A stretch of 64,000 nucleotides of DNA. Source: Octopus sinensis. Lineage: Eukaryota. The stretch spans positions 68,014,001 through 68,078,000 of the forward strand of contig NC_043001.1 of assembly GCF_006345805.1 (NCBI RefSeq), written 5' to 3'. The notes below the pieces were generated by a model. That model made no database searches. It worked only from the letters and a program-made list of their open reading frames with translations, and had not been told where the DNA came from. The position numbers were made by a program, and so were the translations under genes. This document shows, piece after piece, positions 1 to 14,304 of this stretch; position 1 is the stretch's first letter; the number at the start of each line of letters is the position of its first letter.

Positions 1-87
1 TTTTTTTTTTTTAAACCTTCAAAAGAAAAGCTCTACCTTGTAATTTGTTCTATCTGTGTGCAGCCCTGTGTGGCTAATAAAGAAACA

Positions 88-145
<58 letters not shown>
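1..145 (+). mobile_element. 3' end of Tx1-type LINE (3' UTR, AATAAA, then (TATC)n)
   Basis: 21-86 is near-identical to 55247-55312, the 3' UTR of the Tx1-type copy. AATAAA at 76-81 is followed by (TATC)n. Confidence 0.85.
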
Positions 146-1439
146 ACAAGAGAAACTTAAACACAGACACGATCCAACTATCGGCCCATCAATCTATCTT
201 ATTTCCTTTATTTTCTCTACCCCTCTCTCCCTTTCTATTGTCCCCACCCCTGTACTTCATATGTATGCTGCAACATAAAAATTTACACTTAAACCAGATA
301 AATTTCGTTATTCCTTCATTTCTTATCTCTCCGTGCTTGTCACCTCATCTTACTCCTCCTTATTTTTGTTCACCACATGTAATTACAAACAACTAATATC
401 CTCAATAGATACAATTCGCAACGCCACCCCTACCTACCTACCTACCTACCTACCTACCTACCTACCTACATACATACATACATACCTACCTACCTACCTA
501 CATACATACATACCTACATACATACATACATACATACATACATACATGCATGCATACATACATACATACATACATGCATGCATACATACATACATACATA
601 TAAATGTACATACATACATACATACATGCATGCCTGCATACATATATATATACATACGGGGTGCTGGGATATGTAACGCACTGCCTATATACCAATCTTG
701 AGTTCCCCCTATTGTTTTTGTGAGGGAGGTTGTATGTGTGGCACATCGATCAGTGTGTGTATTGCGCTGCCCCGTCCTTGGGTAGATTTGAACTTAGAAT
801 TTTAAGTGTCGAAAGATATACCGAATACACTTTATCGACCGGACTATGCGATGACTCTAACAGCTCGTCGCCGCAAGTAGAGCTAAAATAATGTAATCTA
901 TAGCACATGAGCAATATATCTATATCTACAGGTGTGTGTGTGTGTGTGTGGTGTGTGTGTGTGTGTGTTTGTTCGAGTGTTCATATTTGTTTTTGTATTT
1001 GATCACATATTTATAATGGTGAAGATGGGTCACCTAGATGAATGATTTGCAGACATTATGAAGAAATTTCCGTTGACGATAGTTGGATAATATTTCTGAC
1101 TTTCAGTTAAATGATATTGCTAGCTGCTACTTATTAAATGCATCCGAAATATATGTTTCTTCTTCAATAGTCGTCAACAAAAAGCAATTCTGTTTTACTT
1201 TGACTCTAGCAGTACATAAACTTAGCCCATTTTCTTTTAAGTCTATAAATATCCGCAAGTCTTTTTGTGTATGTCTAAGTCATGTGCCTGACTGGGTTAT
1301 CCCCCATAATGCACTCGAAGTATACCAACAAATACTATTCTAGCAACAGATCGGCACTGATCGAGTAAAGTGTGATCAATCATGCTTCACTTGTGGTCAT
1401 CTTACACATTTATTTCTAGCAAGTGGTAAAAAAGAAAAA

Positions 1440-1768
1440 AGATGCCCTTTGATATTGAATGACCATGGAATTGCAATTAGGAAGTTCCCCTCTGTGGCAC
1501 AAGTCCAGGCAAGGTTGTTTATGGAAGACCAGCAGTCGCCCATGCATACCAGCCTCCTCTCTCTACGTCACCGACGTTATCAAAAGGAAAGGCAAAGGCC
1601 AATACAGCTTGGCACCAACGACGTCGCAACTCATTTCTACAGGCGAGTGAACTGGAGCAACGTGAAATAACGTGTCATGCTGAAGAACACAACGCACAGC
1701 CCGGTCCGGGAATCGAACTCACTACCTCGTTAATGTGTCCGACGCTATAAGCACTGAACCATGCACCT
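1440..1768 (-). mobile_element. tRNA-derived SINE (same family as 62992-63335)
   Basis: Alignable by eye over ~330 bp with 62992-63335. The minus strand starts with A-box/B-box-like tRNA head sequence. Confidence 0.8.
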
Positions 1769-2129
1769 ATATCTATGTATAACTGCATTATGTAATATGT
1801 CACCGTCCTTTCAATGTGGTAGGTTATCATTTGAGGAAGATTTGACTGATATTTCTAACAGGGCGCAACTCTAACACATAAAATATAACTTTTCTTTCCA
1901 GCTTGCTTTTGTATAACTTAATGAAAGTAATGGCTGCGCAGTGAGGGAGAACCCGAAAGCGATTTATTTTAGGGGGGGAGTCAGAGTTTGTTTCTTACCG
2001 TAGTATAAGGCTAATTGAATGACTAGAGGGAAGTTTTTGCTGTTTTATGGTGTTTAGGTGATGTCACTTGGTCTATAATCAAAGAATGAAATAACCTCGA
2101 CTAGCGATCAACGGCTGGAGGAACTGCGA

Positions 2130-2340
2130 TCTTTTATCAAATGCTGAAATGACCAAGGGCTATTTAAAGGTTGTAATAACGGCGATCTATGATCAAAGGT
2201 TGTAATAAGCCTGATCTAGGATCAAATGTTGAAATAACCGTGATCTATGAATAAAGGTTGTAATAATTGTGATCTATGATCAAAAGTTCTAATAAACGTG
2301 ATCTATGATCAAAGGTTATAACAACCGTGAAGTATGGTCA
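2130..2340. repeat. ~29-bp minisatellite (consensus GTGATCTATGATCAAAGGTTGTAATAACC), about 7 diverged units
   Basis: Repeated units are directly visible. Confidence 0.85.
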
Positions 2341-2344
2341 ACTG

Positions 2345-2465
2345 ATACTTATTTTATCGACTCTGAAAGAATGAAAGGCAAAGTCGACTTCAGTGGAATT
2401 TGAATTCAGAACATAAAGACGGACGAAATACCGCTAAGCGTTTTGTCCGGTGCGCAAACGATTCA
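2345..2465 (-). mobile_element. tRNA-derived SINE fragment with GCCTTTCAT...GTCGATAAAATAAGTA central domain
   Basis: Matches the copies at 11235, 22590, 28515, 28745 and 33826. Confidence 0.75.
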
Positions 2466-2470
2466 GACTT

Positions 2471-2810
<340 letters not shown>

Positions 2811-3089
2811 TTATAATTACAATTATAATAGGTTATAATTTTGATACAATGCTATCGATTTGGAGGGGAACTGTTAGTCAACACCATCACTATGTTGACC
2901 AGACTCAGACTATCAAATGTTATACATTATACACCACTGGTCCCAATGCACTTTCAGTTCTTTCTAGATTGCGACAACTTGCTTAACGTTTAATTAATTT
3001 GTCTTTCCATCTTCCTGTCTTAAGGAATCGCTTCGTATGCCTCTTGTCTTACCTCTATGAGCTGTTTATAAAGTTAATAGCCACCAGAC

Positions 3090-4065
3090 TATGGAGACCA
3101 GGCGATGACAAGTAGCTGAGGGAGCAGGCTTACGTCGACTCCGAAAAGGCCTTCGATAACATCGAGATGAATCCAGTGCCGAAATCTCTGGAAATGCAAG
3201 GTGTCGTTGCGCAATACAACTAACTGCTGAAGAGATTCGCTCTCTGGATTCATCAGTGATACAGCTGTGTTATCGCCATCAGTAAGAGTCCCAATCAGGA
3301 AGGGCGTCAAGCAAGGAGATACCATCTCTCCAGAGCTCTTCATCGCATGTCTAGAAATGGTCATAGAGACAATCACTGGACAGGTGGCGTGAACATCAAC
3401 GAATAGGAGATGACATCGTACTCATCGCTGAAACCACAGATCAGCTAAAGATCATACTGACACAGCTAGACAATCATAGCTCAGAATTTAGTCTTAAAAT
3501 GAACCTCATGAAAAACAAAATAACTTGGAGTCTGAAAACATAGCACAAAGCCGAACAGAATCAGGAAGCGAAGAAATCGAGGAGGCAAAAAAAGGTGCAT
3601 CTATTTAGAGCGCACAGTGAATATGTGCCGAAGCATGGATGCTGAAATCTCGAAGAGAATAAGAGCAGCATGGAAGGTGTTTGCCTCAAAAAAGGATGTG
3701 CTCAAAGCAAAGCTGGACAAAACAATACGTGCCAGATTCTTCAATAACACCGTCCTACCTGTGCTTTTATACGCAAGTAAGACATGGGCTACCACGAAGA
3801 GGGAATAACATTGATTGGCTACGACGCCAAGGGGCTATGGAAATATCTATCCTACAAATTTCATTGAGTGAGTATATGTGAGTTGAGATAATTCGAGAAT
3901 GGAACGGAGTGAACGATGTAATTGCAGAAGACCGAATGTACAAGTTTCGCCGGGCCGGACATATCGCAATATTTACAGACAACAGGTGTATCCGTGCAGT
4001 TGCCGAGTGGTATTCAAGAGAACGGAAGAGCCATTCGGGGAACCTCCACATCGACGGGGAGATGG
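3090..4065 (+). mobile_element. Degraded RTE-clade LINE fragment (RT C-terminal half)
   Basis: Frame-broken RT motifs: KGVKQGDTISPELF, DDIVLIAE, EISKRIRAAWKVF, LPVLLYASKTW, RRAGHIA...EWYSRERK. Confidence 0.8.
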
Positions 4066-4097
4066 CACACACACGTCCGCGTACACACTCACGCACG

Positions 4098-4173
<76 letters not shown>

Positions 4174-4773
4174 TAGACATACGTCGTAAAAATACGAACA
4201 TGACAAATTTAACTACTCCAAGGACTGAAAAAAATGTTAAATGAATATGCCTTCTAAACTGCGGTATTAGTACTGAGCAAGTATCTTTTAAAAATTCACA
4301 GAAAATTATTAGCAGCAGGCGAAGGTCACCTACCAGCATTTAGATTTCTGCTTATTGGCTTCATCACATGCCAAGCAAACCTCAGCTGCAAGCTGATATA
4401 GTTAATCGGTCATTGATGTCGCATTTAGCCATGAAAGTGGACAAAATTTAATTATATATATATATATATAATTTCATTAAAGCTGTAAAAAATCACAAAA
4501 CTGCTACTCAGAGTTCACGTTCCTGTTCGTAAAAGTATATAACTTTAACTGTGGTATTCGAGTACTATTTTTTCCACCTTGTTTTGCATTTATGTGTTCA
4601 CCTATGTGTGTGTGTGTGTGTGTGTGTGTGCGTGCGTGCGTGAGTGTGTACGTGCACGTGTGTGTGTACGTGCACGTGTGTGTGTACGTGCACGTGTGTG
4701 TGTACGTGCACGTGTGTGTGTACGTGCACGTGTGTGTGCCATCTCCCCGTCGATGTGGAGGTTCCCCGAATGG
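4031..4773. repeat. Inverted duplication (arms 4031-4170 and ~4605-4773) of the LINE end plus (CA)n
   Basis: CCATTCGGGGAACCTCCACATCGACGGGGAGATGGCACAC at 4031 is the exact reverse complement of the sequence ending at 4773. Confidence 0.9.
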
Positions 4774-5379
4774 TTGTTATGTTTGTCAGGGTTGTTATGT
4801 TTGTCATTCATTCAGACAGAAAGATCTGCTCAATTAGGGTCAACTTAGATCAATAACGACAACAACAAAAAGATGAACAGCTCCAACAATAACAAGAACA
4901 AGATCCAAAGTAGCAGCAACAGCAGCAGCAGCAGCAGTATCAAAGACACCAACAATAACAGTTTTGTCTTTCTCCGAGAGAAATTCTCCATCCTTCCTTC
5001 ACCATTGAATACAAGAGTGGCAACTGCGCCATTGAAATGACGTAACTTTATAGTAAAGCAACCGTATTCCTTTTCCAGACTGATGACGTCATTTGAACAA
5101 CGTTCATTCATATAGTCTTTCAATATTTCATTCATACATTTCTTCTTTCATTCATTGAACTTTGTCTGAAACGAGTCAATTTCGTCTTTGTTCAATCGGC
5201 GAATCACAACACAGTTTCCATATACCACAGCTTCACTCTCTCCCCCATCCCCTCTCTTTTATCTCTATATCCCTCCTCCCCTGCCTCTCCCGTTTCCCTG
5301 CCTCTATTTTTCTCTCTGCTCCTCTCCTCTCCCGTCTCTGTTTTATCCCTTCTCTGTCTCTCACTTCATCTCTAACACA

Positions 5380-5478
<99 letters not shown>

Positions 5479-6072
5479 GTCTGCCTGTTTGCTTGTGTGT
5501 CTGTGTGTCTGTCTGCCTGTCTATCCGTCTGTCTGTCTGTTTGTATCTGCTGCCTGCCTGTCTTTCTATGGCTCTGTTTGTCTGTCTTCCTCTCTCTGAC
5601 ACCCCCTCTTGCTATTCCTCTTCTTTCTTTCTTCTCTAACTTACTGCATTATAAAGATGTTTTAATGTTTATGTGTCTGTGTTTTTGTATCATTTTGTAT
5701 GTTTGTGTGTGTATGTGTATGTGTATGTGTGTATGCCTCTGTGTGTACCTGTGCTTGTGCGTGTCTGCACGTGTGTATATGTGTGTATGTATGTGTATGT
5801 GTGTATGTGTACTTAACTGTGGGTTTATGTGTATATGTGCTGCAGGAAATAAAGACCTTCATCGCTTAGCATACAATACCAATGATGTCATTTTTCACAC
5901 AGACACAAACCCACAACAATTCATATATTAACCAGTGAATTATGACACACACTCTCCCACACACATACACATATACACATAGATATACACACAGACATAC
6001 ATATATACATTCATACATACCTATACACACCTATACATGCATACATACATACATACATACATACATACATAA

Positions 6073-6187
<115 letters not shown>

Positions 6188-6529
6188 CATACATACACAT
6201 AGATGCATAAACATACGCACATAAACGCACATGCATTGTTCTGTACATAGTTTGTTGAAGAGCCTGCCATTAGTACACTCATAGAATAACAGAATAGCCA
6301 AATCCTTGAATTAATTCCAGTTTGTAGAGTTTCCTGTTCAGAATCTGCCCCACAATCCCGATCATTGCCAAGACGGTAGAGATAATCCTAGTTATTGCCA
6401 CTGACATTGTGATAAATTATAGAGATAGCTTATCGAAGATTAGTTCTGTTTAAACTTTTACATAGCGAGGTCATCGATATGTAACAAAGACAACAAAAAC
6501 CATTTGGAGGGGGGGGCTTTAAAATATTC

Positions 6530-7290
6530 AGAAAAGAAAATGGAAATGGTTCAAAAGAGACAGGTATGAGGGAAAAGGAGAAACAACAGGCATTGTGAAA
6601 ATCATACAAACTAATATAAAAAAGAAAGGGCTACGGAATGGAGCTTCGGAATATTATAACGAAGCGATAGCAAAAACAGTCTCTACATGGTCAATACCTG
6701 TTGAATAGGGTAAAAGTGTTTGAGAAATCTATGATTATAAAACGACTCTAAAGGGCTTTTGATTGTGGCAGAGGATCAAAGCCTTTTCACCAAGATCTAC
6801 TAAAAACATTTAATGATGCAGAATTGCAGAATACGTGAAGATGAGGAGGAAATTGTTAGAATATTATTTCTGGTTGTCTTGTTTTAACCAAGAATGAATA
6901 TATTGATAAACATGAAATGTTTTTCTTACTCTTGAAATTATACCAGATCAAATACCAACTGAAAAGAGGTGGTGTAAGCATACACCAGAAAAAGTGGAGA
7001 AAATGACAAAGTAACTGTATTTACCAACATACAAAGACAAGGAGAACAAGGCTAAATAGCCAGATATTGTTGTCAAGGATAGGCAAATAAGGGGGTGCCT
7101 TCTGATGAGAAACCGTATTTCTAAAAAGAAATAATTTAAATATAAAGACGTGAATCTGCAAACCAAAACAGTTCTTAAACCAATACGTTCATTGGAAATG
7201 ATTACAAATATGCAGACAAATGCATAACCCAAACATTAGAACATAGGAGAAAAATAACACAAGATACTGTAAATACATCATTTAGAGAAA
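6530..7290 (+). mobile_element. Old R4/Dong-type RLE LINE remnant
   Basis: Broken translation KRWCKHTPEKVE...K*PDIVVKDRQIRGCLLM resembles the RLE domain at 31486-31839. Confidence 0.6.
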
Positions 7291-7485
7291 TTTCAATATT
7301 ACGAAATATAAAAACAAAAGAGAACACTGCATAGAGTTGCAGTCGGTTGAGCAGTAAACAAACAATAAAAACAAGATTCCGAAATGACAAAGTTAACCAC
7401 GACGTGAAGTGAACATAAAGAGCCGAAAGAAATGCTGTTAAGCATTTCGTCCGACGCCCAAACAATCACACAATCTCGCTGCCCT

Positions 7486-7550
<65 letters not shown>

Positions 7551-7629
7551 CAACAACAACAACAATAACAACAACAACAAAAACAACAAAAACAACAATA
7601 ATAATGATTTCAAAATTTGGTACATGGCC

Positions 7630-8108
7630 AGATGGGCTACAGCAAATATTCTGCTCAATACCACATATTTGTTTGTCAGTTGTTTGACCTTAACCAGTTG
7701 AGCATGTCCCTTAGTGGCTGACGATATGTGCATCTCTGATCACGAGCAGAAGTAGTGGGGGAGCATCATAGCCATGTGTTGAGAGGAATTTTAGGGGGTT
7801 TGAATAATTAACGTTTGGAAACATGGGTGTTCTGTTCAACATACTTAAACAAACCTTATTCAGGGACATTTTGAGCGGGATGGGCTACTCGACCTGAAGA
7901 AAATTCTAACTGGGTCCCACCTGCAAGGTCATCCGCTGTTTATCTTGATATGACATCACCATGTCGCGCACATATGATTGCGATGCATGTACCTGGTGTA
8001 CCCTTACCAAACAGGTAGTCATGATGGGTATACTGGGCTTCGTTTATTTTACTCTAGTGTCACTTTGATGGCACACACTGCTTTCTCAATCAGGAATAAT
8101 AATAATAA
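7630..8108 (+). mobile_element. Non-coding repeat flanked by (AAT)n (second copy at 30740-31280, opposite strand)
   Basis: ~460 bp aligns to the reverse complement of 30740-31195. It is followed by AATAATAAT. Confidence 0.8.
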
Positions 8109-9955
8109 TCCTTTCTTCTATAGGCATAAGGCTTGAAATTTGGGGGAGGGGACTCAACACTGTTGGGACACTGGATGAGTATGTACAGAACAGTTTCGCT
8201 GCTCTGCACGCAGCTCGGCAGGCTCGGCTGACGGCACTTTTATGCCCATTGAGTTTATCTCGAACCAGCAATGTCTTCTAGAAATAAGCTGTATGTGGGT
8301 TATGGAAAAAGCATAACAAACAGTATTAGAACGTAAGGAAACCCCTGAAAATCATAGCAGGGTTCGAAAATCTTCACAGCATATAGCTTTGCTAGACGCA
8401 GCTATATCTTATGTAGAATATATTTATTGTAAGACTACATCCCACATAACACATACTCTAAACCAGGGAAAACTTCTCTTATTGTTGAATCCTTCATGAA
8501 ATCGTTGGTGACTTATTAACCTCATCATGCTAATTTCTAGAATAAACTTACAGCATAATCAATAAAAATTTGTCTTTGATCATGAAACAATAATTCCATC
8601 ATTGTTTTTAATAAAAAAATATTTAAAGAATTAGTGATGTCCACTGGCGGACTCAAGGGAGTTAACACAAGGGAGTTAACACAAGGGAGATAATCATTTC
8701 TTCAGACTGGAGGAATTAGAAGTTTGAATTGAAAATAAGGAATAAAGAAAACGATGCATAGAATATATTTATTTAATATTTTTGTTGTTGCTGCTTGCTT
8801 ATTACGAAGTTCTTAGAATTTCTAGTGAGTTGTAATCATGTATAGCATTATTTTAGTGAAAATATTTAACGAAATCAATAAAAGAAAAAATATCACTCAT
8901 TGATATAGTTGAAATATTTAATGTGAAATATGTGTTTGGAGAATACTAGCTATTGTATCGATATTTGGCTTGAAACTGGTGAGTTTTATACCCTTAAATT
9001 ATAGCGCTCTCTCTCTTTTCGTTCGCGAATAATTCAGCTTCCTTAACGCTCAAAATTGTTTCAGGTGTTTATTGACTCCATGGACAGCCACATAGGCCTA
9101 TAGGAGTCAACTTCTCGTTGCCAACTTCCTTTCTATACAATCACCTACTAACGATATAACGTTACTCATACACCACATTGTGTGCGGAATCACGACGTAA
9201 TAAGACCACCAACACAACACATTCTCTCCGGAGACAATTCCCAACAGCTAAACAAAACGATTTACATTGTTCTAACGCTACACAAAAGAGAAGACACTAA
9301 AATGTCCTACGTAAGAAACGTATAACAATAGCATTGATGTCTACATAGTCGTCATCCTCTATCATCCCTACCCTCCTCCCCTCCCCCCCTCCTCCCCCCC
9401 CTCCTCCCCCCCCTCCTCCTCCTCCTCCTGTTGCTGCTGCTGCTGTTCCTTATCAGCGTCATCATCATCTTTCAATTCGACCGCTCTTCTTAATTTTCTA
9501 TTTTCAATTCCTCTTCTTTTCCACTTCCTCGTCTCCCACGTCATAACCAGTAACCCTTATCCAGACTCTTTATCATCGATGTACACCCCCACAAGCCCGA
9601 CAACCCTACCCGACACCCTCACACGTCCCCCGCTCTAATACGCCCGACACCCTTACAACCCAATAACTGACTGCGAAGCAACTTAATCAATAAGAAAATC
9701 AAGAACAATAAAATCACAAAAGAAACAAGTATATCAAATAATCAACAAATAAAATGAAATAAAACAATGTAAAATAAAAAGACAAACATTAGTAAAACAT
9801 AAAAGAACGAAGCCAAGTTTCATAAACACTATTCTTTACTTCTCTGCCCCCCCTCCCTCGCGTCACCTTGGGCAACTATCTTCTATAGTCTCGGGCCGAT
9901 CAGTGTCTTGTTAGCGAATTTGGTAAACGGAAGGTATGTAGGAGCGATCCGTATT

Positions 9956-10041
<86 letters not shown>

Positions 10042-10079
10042 CACACACATATATGTATACATATATGTATATATGTACC

Positions 10080-10362
10080 GTATGGTTGTAATTTAGATTC
10101 TTGGCGGCACGTTGTGTTCTTGAGCAAGACACTTTATTTCAGGTTTCTCCAGTCAACTCAGCTGGCAAAAATGAGTAGTACCTGCATTTCAAAGGGCCAG
10201 CCTCGACACATTCCGTGTCACACTGAATCTCCCTTGAGAACTACGTTAGAGGTACACGTGTCTGTGAACTGCTCAGCCACTTGCGTGTTAATTTCACGAG
10301 CAGGCTGTTCCGTTGACAGGATCAACGGGAATCCTCTTCGTCGTAATCAACAGAGTGCCACT
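10080..10362 (+). mobile_element. tRNA-derived SINE (partial second copy at 34733-34883)
   Basis: Shares the TTGTGTTCTTGAGCAAGACACTTTATTTCA...CTCAGCTGGCAAAAATGAGT core with 34800-34880 and with the 62992 family. Confidence 0.7.
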
Positions 10363-10482
10363 TAACAGTATAAATGTGTGTGTGTGTATATATATATATA
10401 GACGCATATACATACATACATACATACATACATACATACATACATACATACATACATACATACATGCATCTCTCTCTCTCTT

Positions 10483-10529
<47 letters not shown>

Positions 10530-10530
10530 T

Positions 10531-10586
<56 letters not shown>

Positions 10587-10750
10587 AGCGATTTTTATAT
10601 CGTACTTGAAGCGTATATGGTGTTGAAACGCTTCAATATATGTATGCTTACATGTTTTAAGTATGATGGACAAATCGCTAATTTAAACTAATCCTGGTTG
10701 CGACACTTAGTGACGAATCTGTATGTCTGCTAACATCAATAGAGAAAACG

Positions 10751-12431
10751 GATCTTTTCCTTTTGAAAGCCAGATTTTCCTAGTTAACTAAACAATTTGA
10801 AACTTCGTATACTGGTAGAATGTGTCAAAAGAAAACATAATTGTAAACCAAAATGAAAACGAAATTGTAATTTCTAAGTTTAACCTTGTTTAAAAATTCG
10901 AATTTTAACCAATGGTATTCTTTCTTTCGGCCTCATATTATTTACTGCTTCTCAAAATATTGTTAATGTGACGTAAACAGCTATTTTGTGACGTAGCTAA
11001 CGTATCAAAATGTAAACATCACCGTCCCATATAACAAAGTCCTAAACAGACAGAATAATAATAAAAATATGGCGGGCTTTCGAAATAGCTGTCGAGAATA
11101 AAATGAAATTTCGATGGTAAATTTTTGGAGGGGTTTCGGTAATTTTCGTCACTCTAAAATACATGTAATTCGCATTAAATCTTATTTTTCTGAAAAATCC
11201 ACGTTTTAAAACATTTTAACTGCCCACCCCCTTCCTTAGTAATATTTCTTTCCCCAGTAAGTACAAGGCCTGAAGCTGATTGGAAGAACTAGTCGATTGT
11301 ATTCAACTGGTACTTATTCTATAAGCGCCGCCCGAAAGAAGGAAAGCTCAGCAATATTCGAACACGGAACGTAAAGATTCGTAAGAAATGACGCTAGGCA
11401 TTTTATCCGATGCACTACCGATTCTGCCAGCTTTACATTATATTTTTCGTCGAAGTTTAACTATGTCACCTTGATGATATATTTTTACGCGTGGACAAAT
11501 AATAGAGAGATAATGTGGATCAGATGATATTACATGCTGACAAGGGCTTGGTAAAGGACTGTTACAATGTTTAGGGATACGGTCCTATACGTTCGGGTTT
11601 CAACCCTCACCGGAATTCAAAACAAGCCGTCTGTTCTTCCACGGTCGAGAAAATACATCGATCAAGTATTGGAGATCGATATAAATGATTATACCCTCCA
11701 CTCACCCCAAAATATATGCTTTGTGTCTATAATCAATATTACAAATATATTGTTATTGCTATTTAACTCAGGTCATCCTGATAAACCCGGTTGAGGAACA
11801 AAGGGTTCCAACTATGACCAACCCGTATTTTTGCGCCCCTCCCCCTTTTTTCAGATATAGCATCTATGATTATATTAGCCAATGTACCCTTCCTTTAACC
11901 CAGTAGTATATGGTTTTAAGGGGATTTGGGTGTTATTCCTAGCACATCGACGAGCGAAAACGCAGAGGGGCCCTGATTATGTGCGAGTATGCGTATGGAT
12001 GGGTACGTGTGTGTATGTGGGTGCATACAAGCCAAATAACCAGTTCAAGGCATGTGTCAAACTGAAGAATCAAAGCGTGTGCACAAGTTTATAGTAAATA
12101 TATACATTGTATAGAGAAAACACCCGAAGCCTATACAAAAAACACTGAATATGTGTTTATTATTCATCCAAAGTAAACAGTACGTGTGTGCTGTTTACGT
12201 CACAGTAACAATATGTTTAGACGGAGCAAATAATTTTAACTGAATACAAAGAATACGATTGGTTAAAATTCGCAGATTTAAACTACGTATAAACTTATAA
12301 AATACATTTTTGTCAAAAAAACTAGTTGAAATTATTGTTTTCTTTTGACACATTCTACCAGTATACGAAGTTTCAAATTATTTAGTTAACTAGAAAAATC
12401 TGAAAAATCTGGCTTTCAAAAAGAAAAGATC
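10751..12431. mobile_element. Long inverted repeat pair (10751-~10990 / ~12170-12431): putative non-autonomous DNA transposon or two opposed copies
   Basis: GATCTTTTCCTTTTGAAAGCCAGATTTT...GAAACTTCGTATACTGGTAGAATGTGTCAAAAGAAAAC is mirrored at 12338-12431. Confidence 0.6.
11235..11430 (-). mobile_element. tRNA-derived SINE (2345/28745/33826 family)
   Basis: Similar to the other copies. Confidence 0.65.
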
Positions 12432-13419
12432 CGAAAAAACACCAATGGAATAAGAACCACACTAAATAAAAAAAAGACCCCCCTCTCTGCCAAAAAAATC
12501 CCATTAGGTATTGTGGCCGATTCGTTAGACTAAACCCTTCAAAACCCTTCAAGGCGGTGCCCCAGTATGGACGCAATTCGATGACTGAGACAAGTAAAAG
12601 ATACAAAGATAAAAAAATTCCCCACCAACATTCACCTAAAATATAGAACGTTATTATCTAAAGCAGAAATACAGCTGTCGTTGATACCTACAAATACGTC
12701 AGTGCCATTGGTTCTTTTAATGAACAATGTGGCGCCGTTGCCTTACACTGGTAGTGGTGAAGATGGTGGTGATGGTGTTGGTGATGGTAGTATTAGTAGT
12801 AGTAGAAGTAGTAGTAGTCGTAGTAGTGGTGGTGGTGGTGGTGGTGAGGATGGTGGCGATGTTGGTAGTAGTGGTGGTGGTGGTGGTGTTGACGATTGTG
12901 GTGACGGTGGTGGTGATGATGACGGTGATGGCGGTGGTAACGATCGTGATGGTGGTGGCGACGACGGTAGTGAAGATGATGGTAATGGTGGTGGTGATGA
13001 TAGGGTGACAATTGTTGTGGTATTGATGGTGTTGTTGGTGGTGGTTTTGATGGTAGGGATGATGGTGCTGAGATGGTGAGTGGTGGTGAGGTTGTTATCT
13101 TCTTTCATATGCGATAGGTAATTCCTCAACAATCAACGTTTCCAATAAAATCAATGAACAATTGACGTCATCACCGTTGCATTTAGAAATGGGCACCATT
13201 ACTTGCCTTTCTATATCGCTTACTCCATCCACCTCTGCACACTTATTTTTCTCTTCATTTTCATCTCTCCTCTTTCCTTTCTTTCTCCACTATTCATTCA
13301 TCTCGCACTTCATTCCTCCCCCATGTTCTTGACTTGTGTAATCACAACGGATTGGGGAAAGTGTATCGGCGTCTTATCACGGGAAATGCTTTTCAACGTT
13401 ATACAGACACACGCACTCA

Positions 13420-13467
<48 letters not shown>

Positions 13468-13622
13468 CACATATTTTGTGTTTACTTGTTTCAGTCATTA
13501 GGAAAAGTCGAAAGCTGCCTATATCTTATTCTCTTCAAAAGGCTTTTTTAACACGATATTTACAGCTTTATATGTTTCGAAATCCACTTGCAGAAATAAT
13601 TTACGTTCTCTCCACACAGATA

Positions 13623-13661
<39 letters not shown>

Positions 13662-14189
13662 ATGTGTATGTGTGTGTGTGTGCGTGTGTGTGTGTGTGTG
13701 TGTGTGCGTGCGCGCGCGCGCGTGCATCTGTGATACTTTATTTTAATTATTGGCATCAAATTTTGGCACATACCCTCGAGGGTATGTGTGTGTCAATGTT
13801 TTTAGTAGCACTATGATACACACACACACACACATGTACACACACAGACAAACACACATACATGTACACACACAGACAAACACAGATGCATGCCCATAAA
13901 ACGATAAACATCATAGAAGAACAGAATAGAATAAGCAGAGCAATAGCAAACATGAAGACAGAAAGTGTCACTGAGGAGGTCACAGGTGTGTTACGAAAGA
14001 TTTCCGGACAATGGACATGAGTTATAATAAAAACAGTAATATACATATATATCGTGCGGGTGTTTATTTGACAAAAAAATGACCGTTCCTAAATACAACA
14101 GTATATATATATATATGTATGTATATACGTATATACATGTATATATATATATATACACATAGATACATACATGCATATATATATATATG

Positions 14190-14255
<66 letters not shown>

Positions 14256-14304
14256 CACACAGATAGATAGGCAGATAGATGTATGTGTGTATATTGTTGC
14301 TTAT

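Noticed and set aside
2890-4065. Twin-priming inversion of one RTE insertion
   Set aside because: The two opposed fragments cover the same C-terminal region and are dissimilar, so they are separate copies.
5075-5185. CTGATGA...GAAACGAGTC as a hammerhead
   Set aside because: No stem I or stem II complementarity. The first motif is better read as a CRE.
9072-9110. TTGACTCC...GGAGTCAA hairpin as a pre-miRNA
   Set aside because: Stem too short, and no mature miRNA that I recognise.
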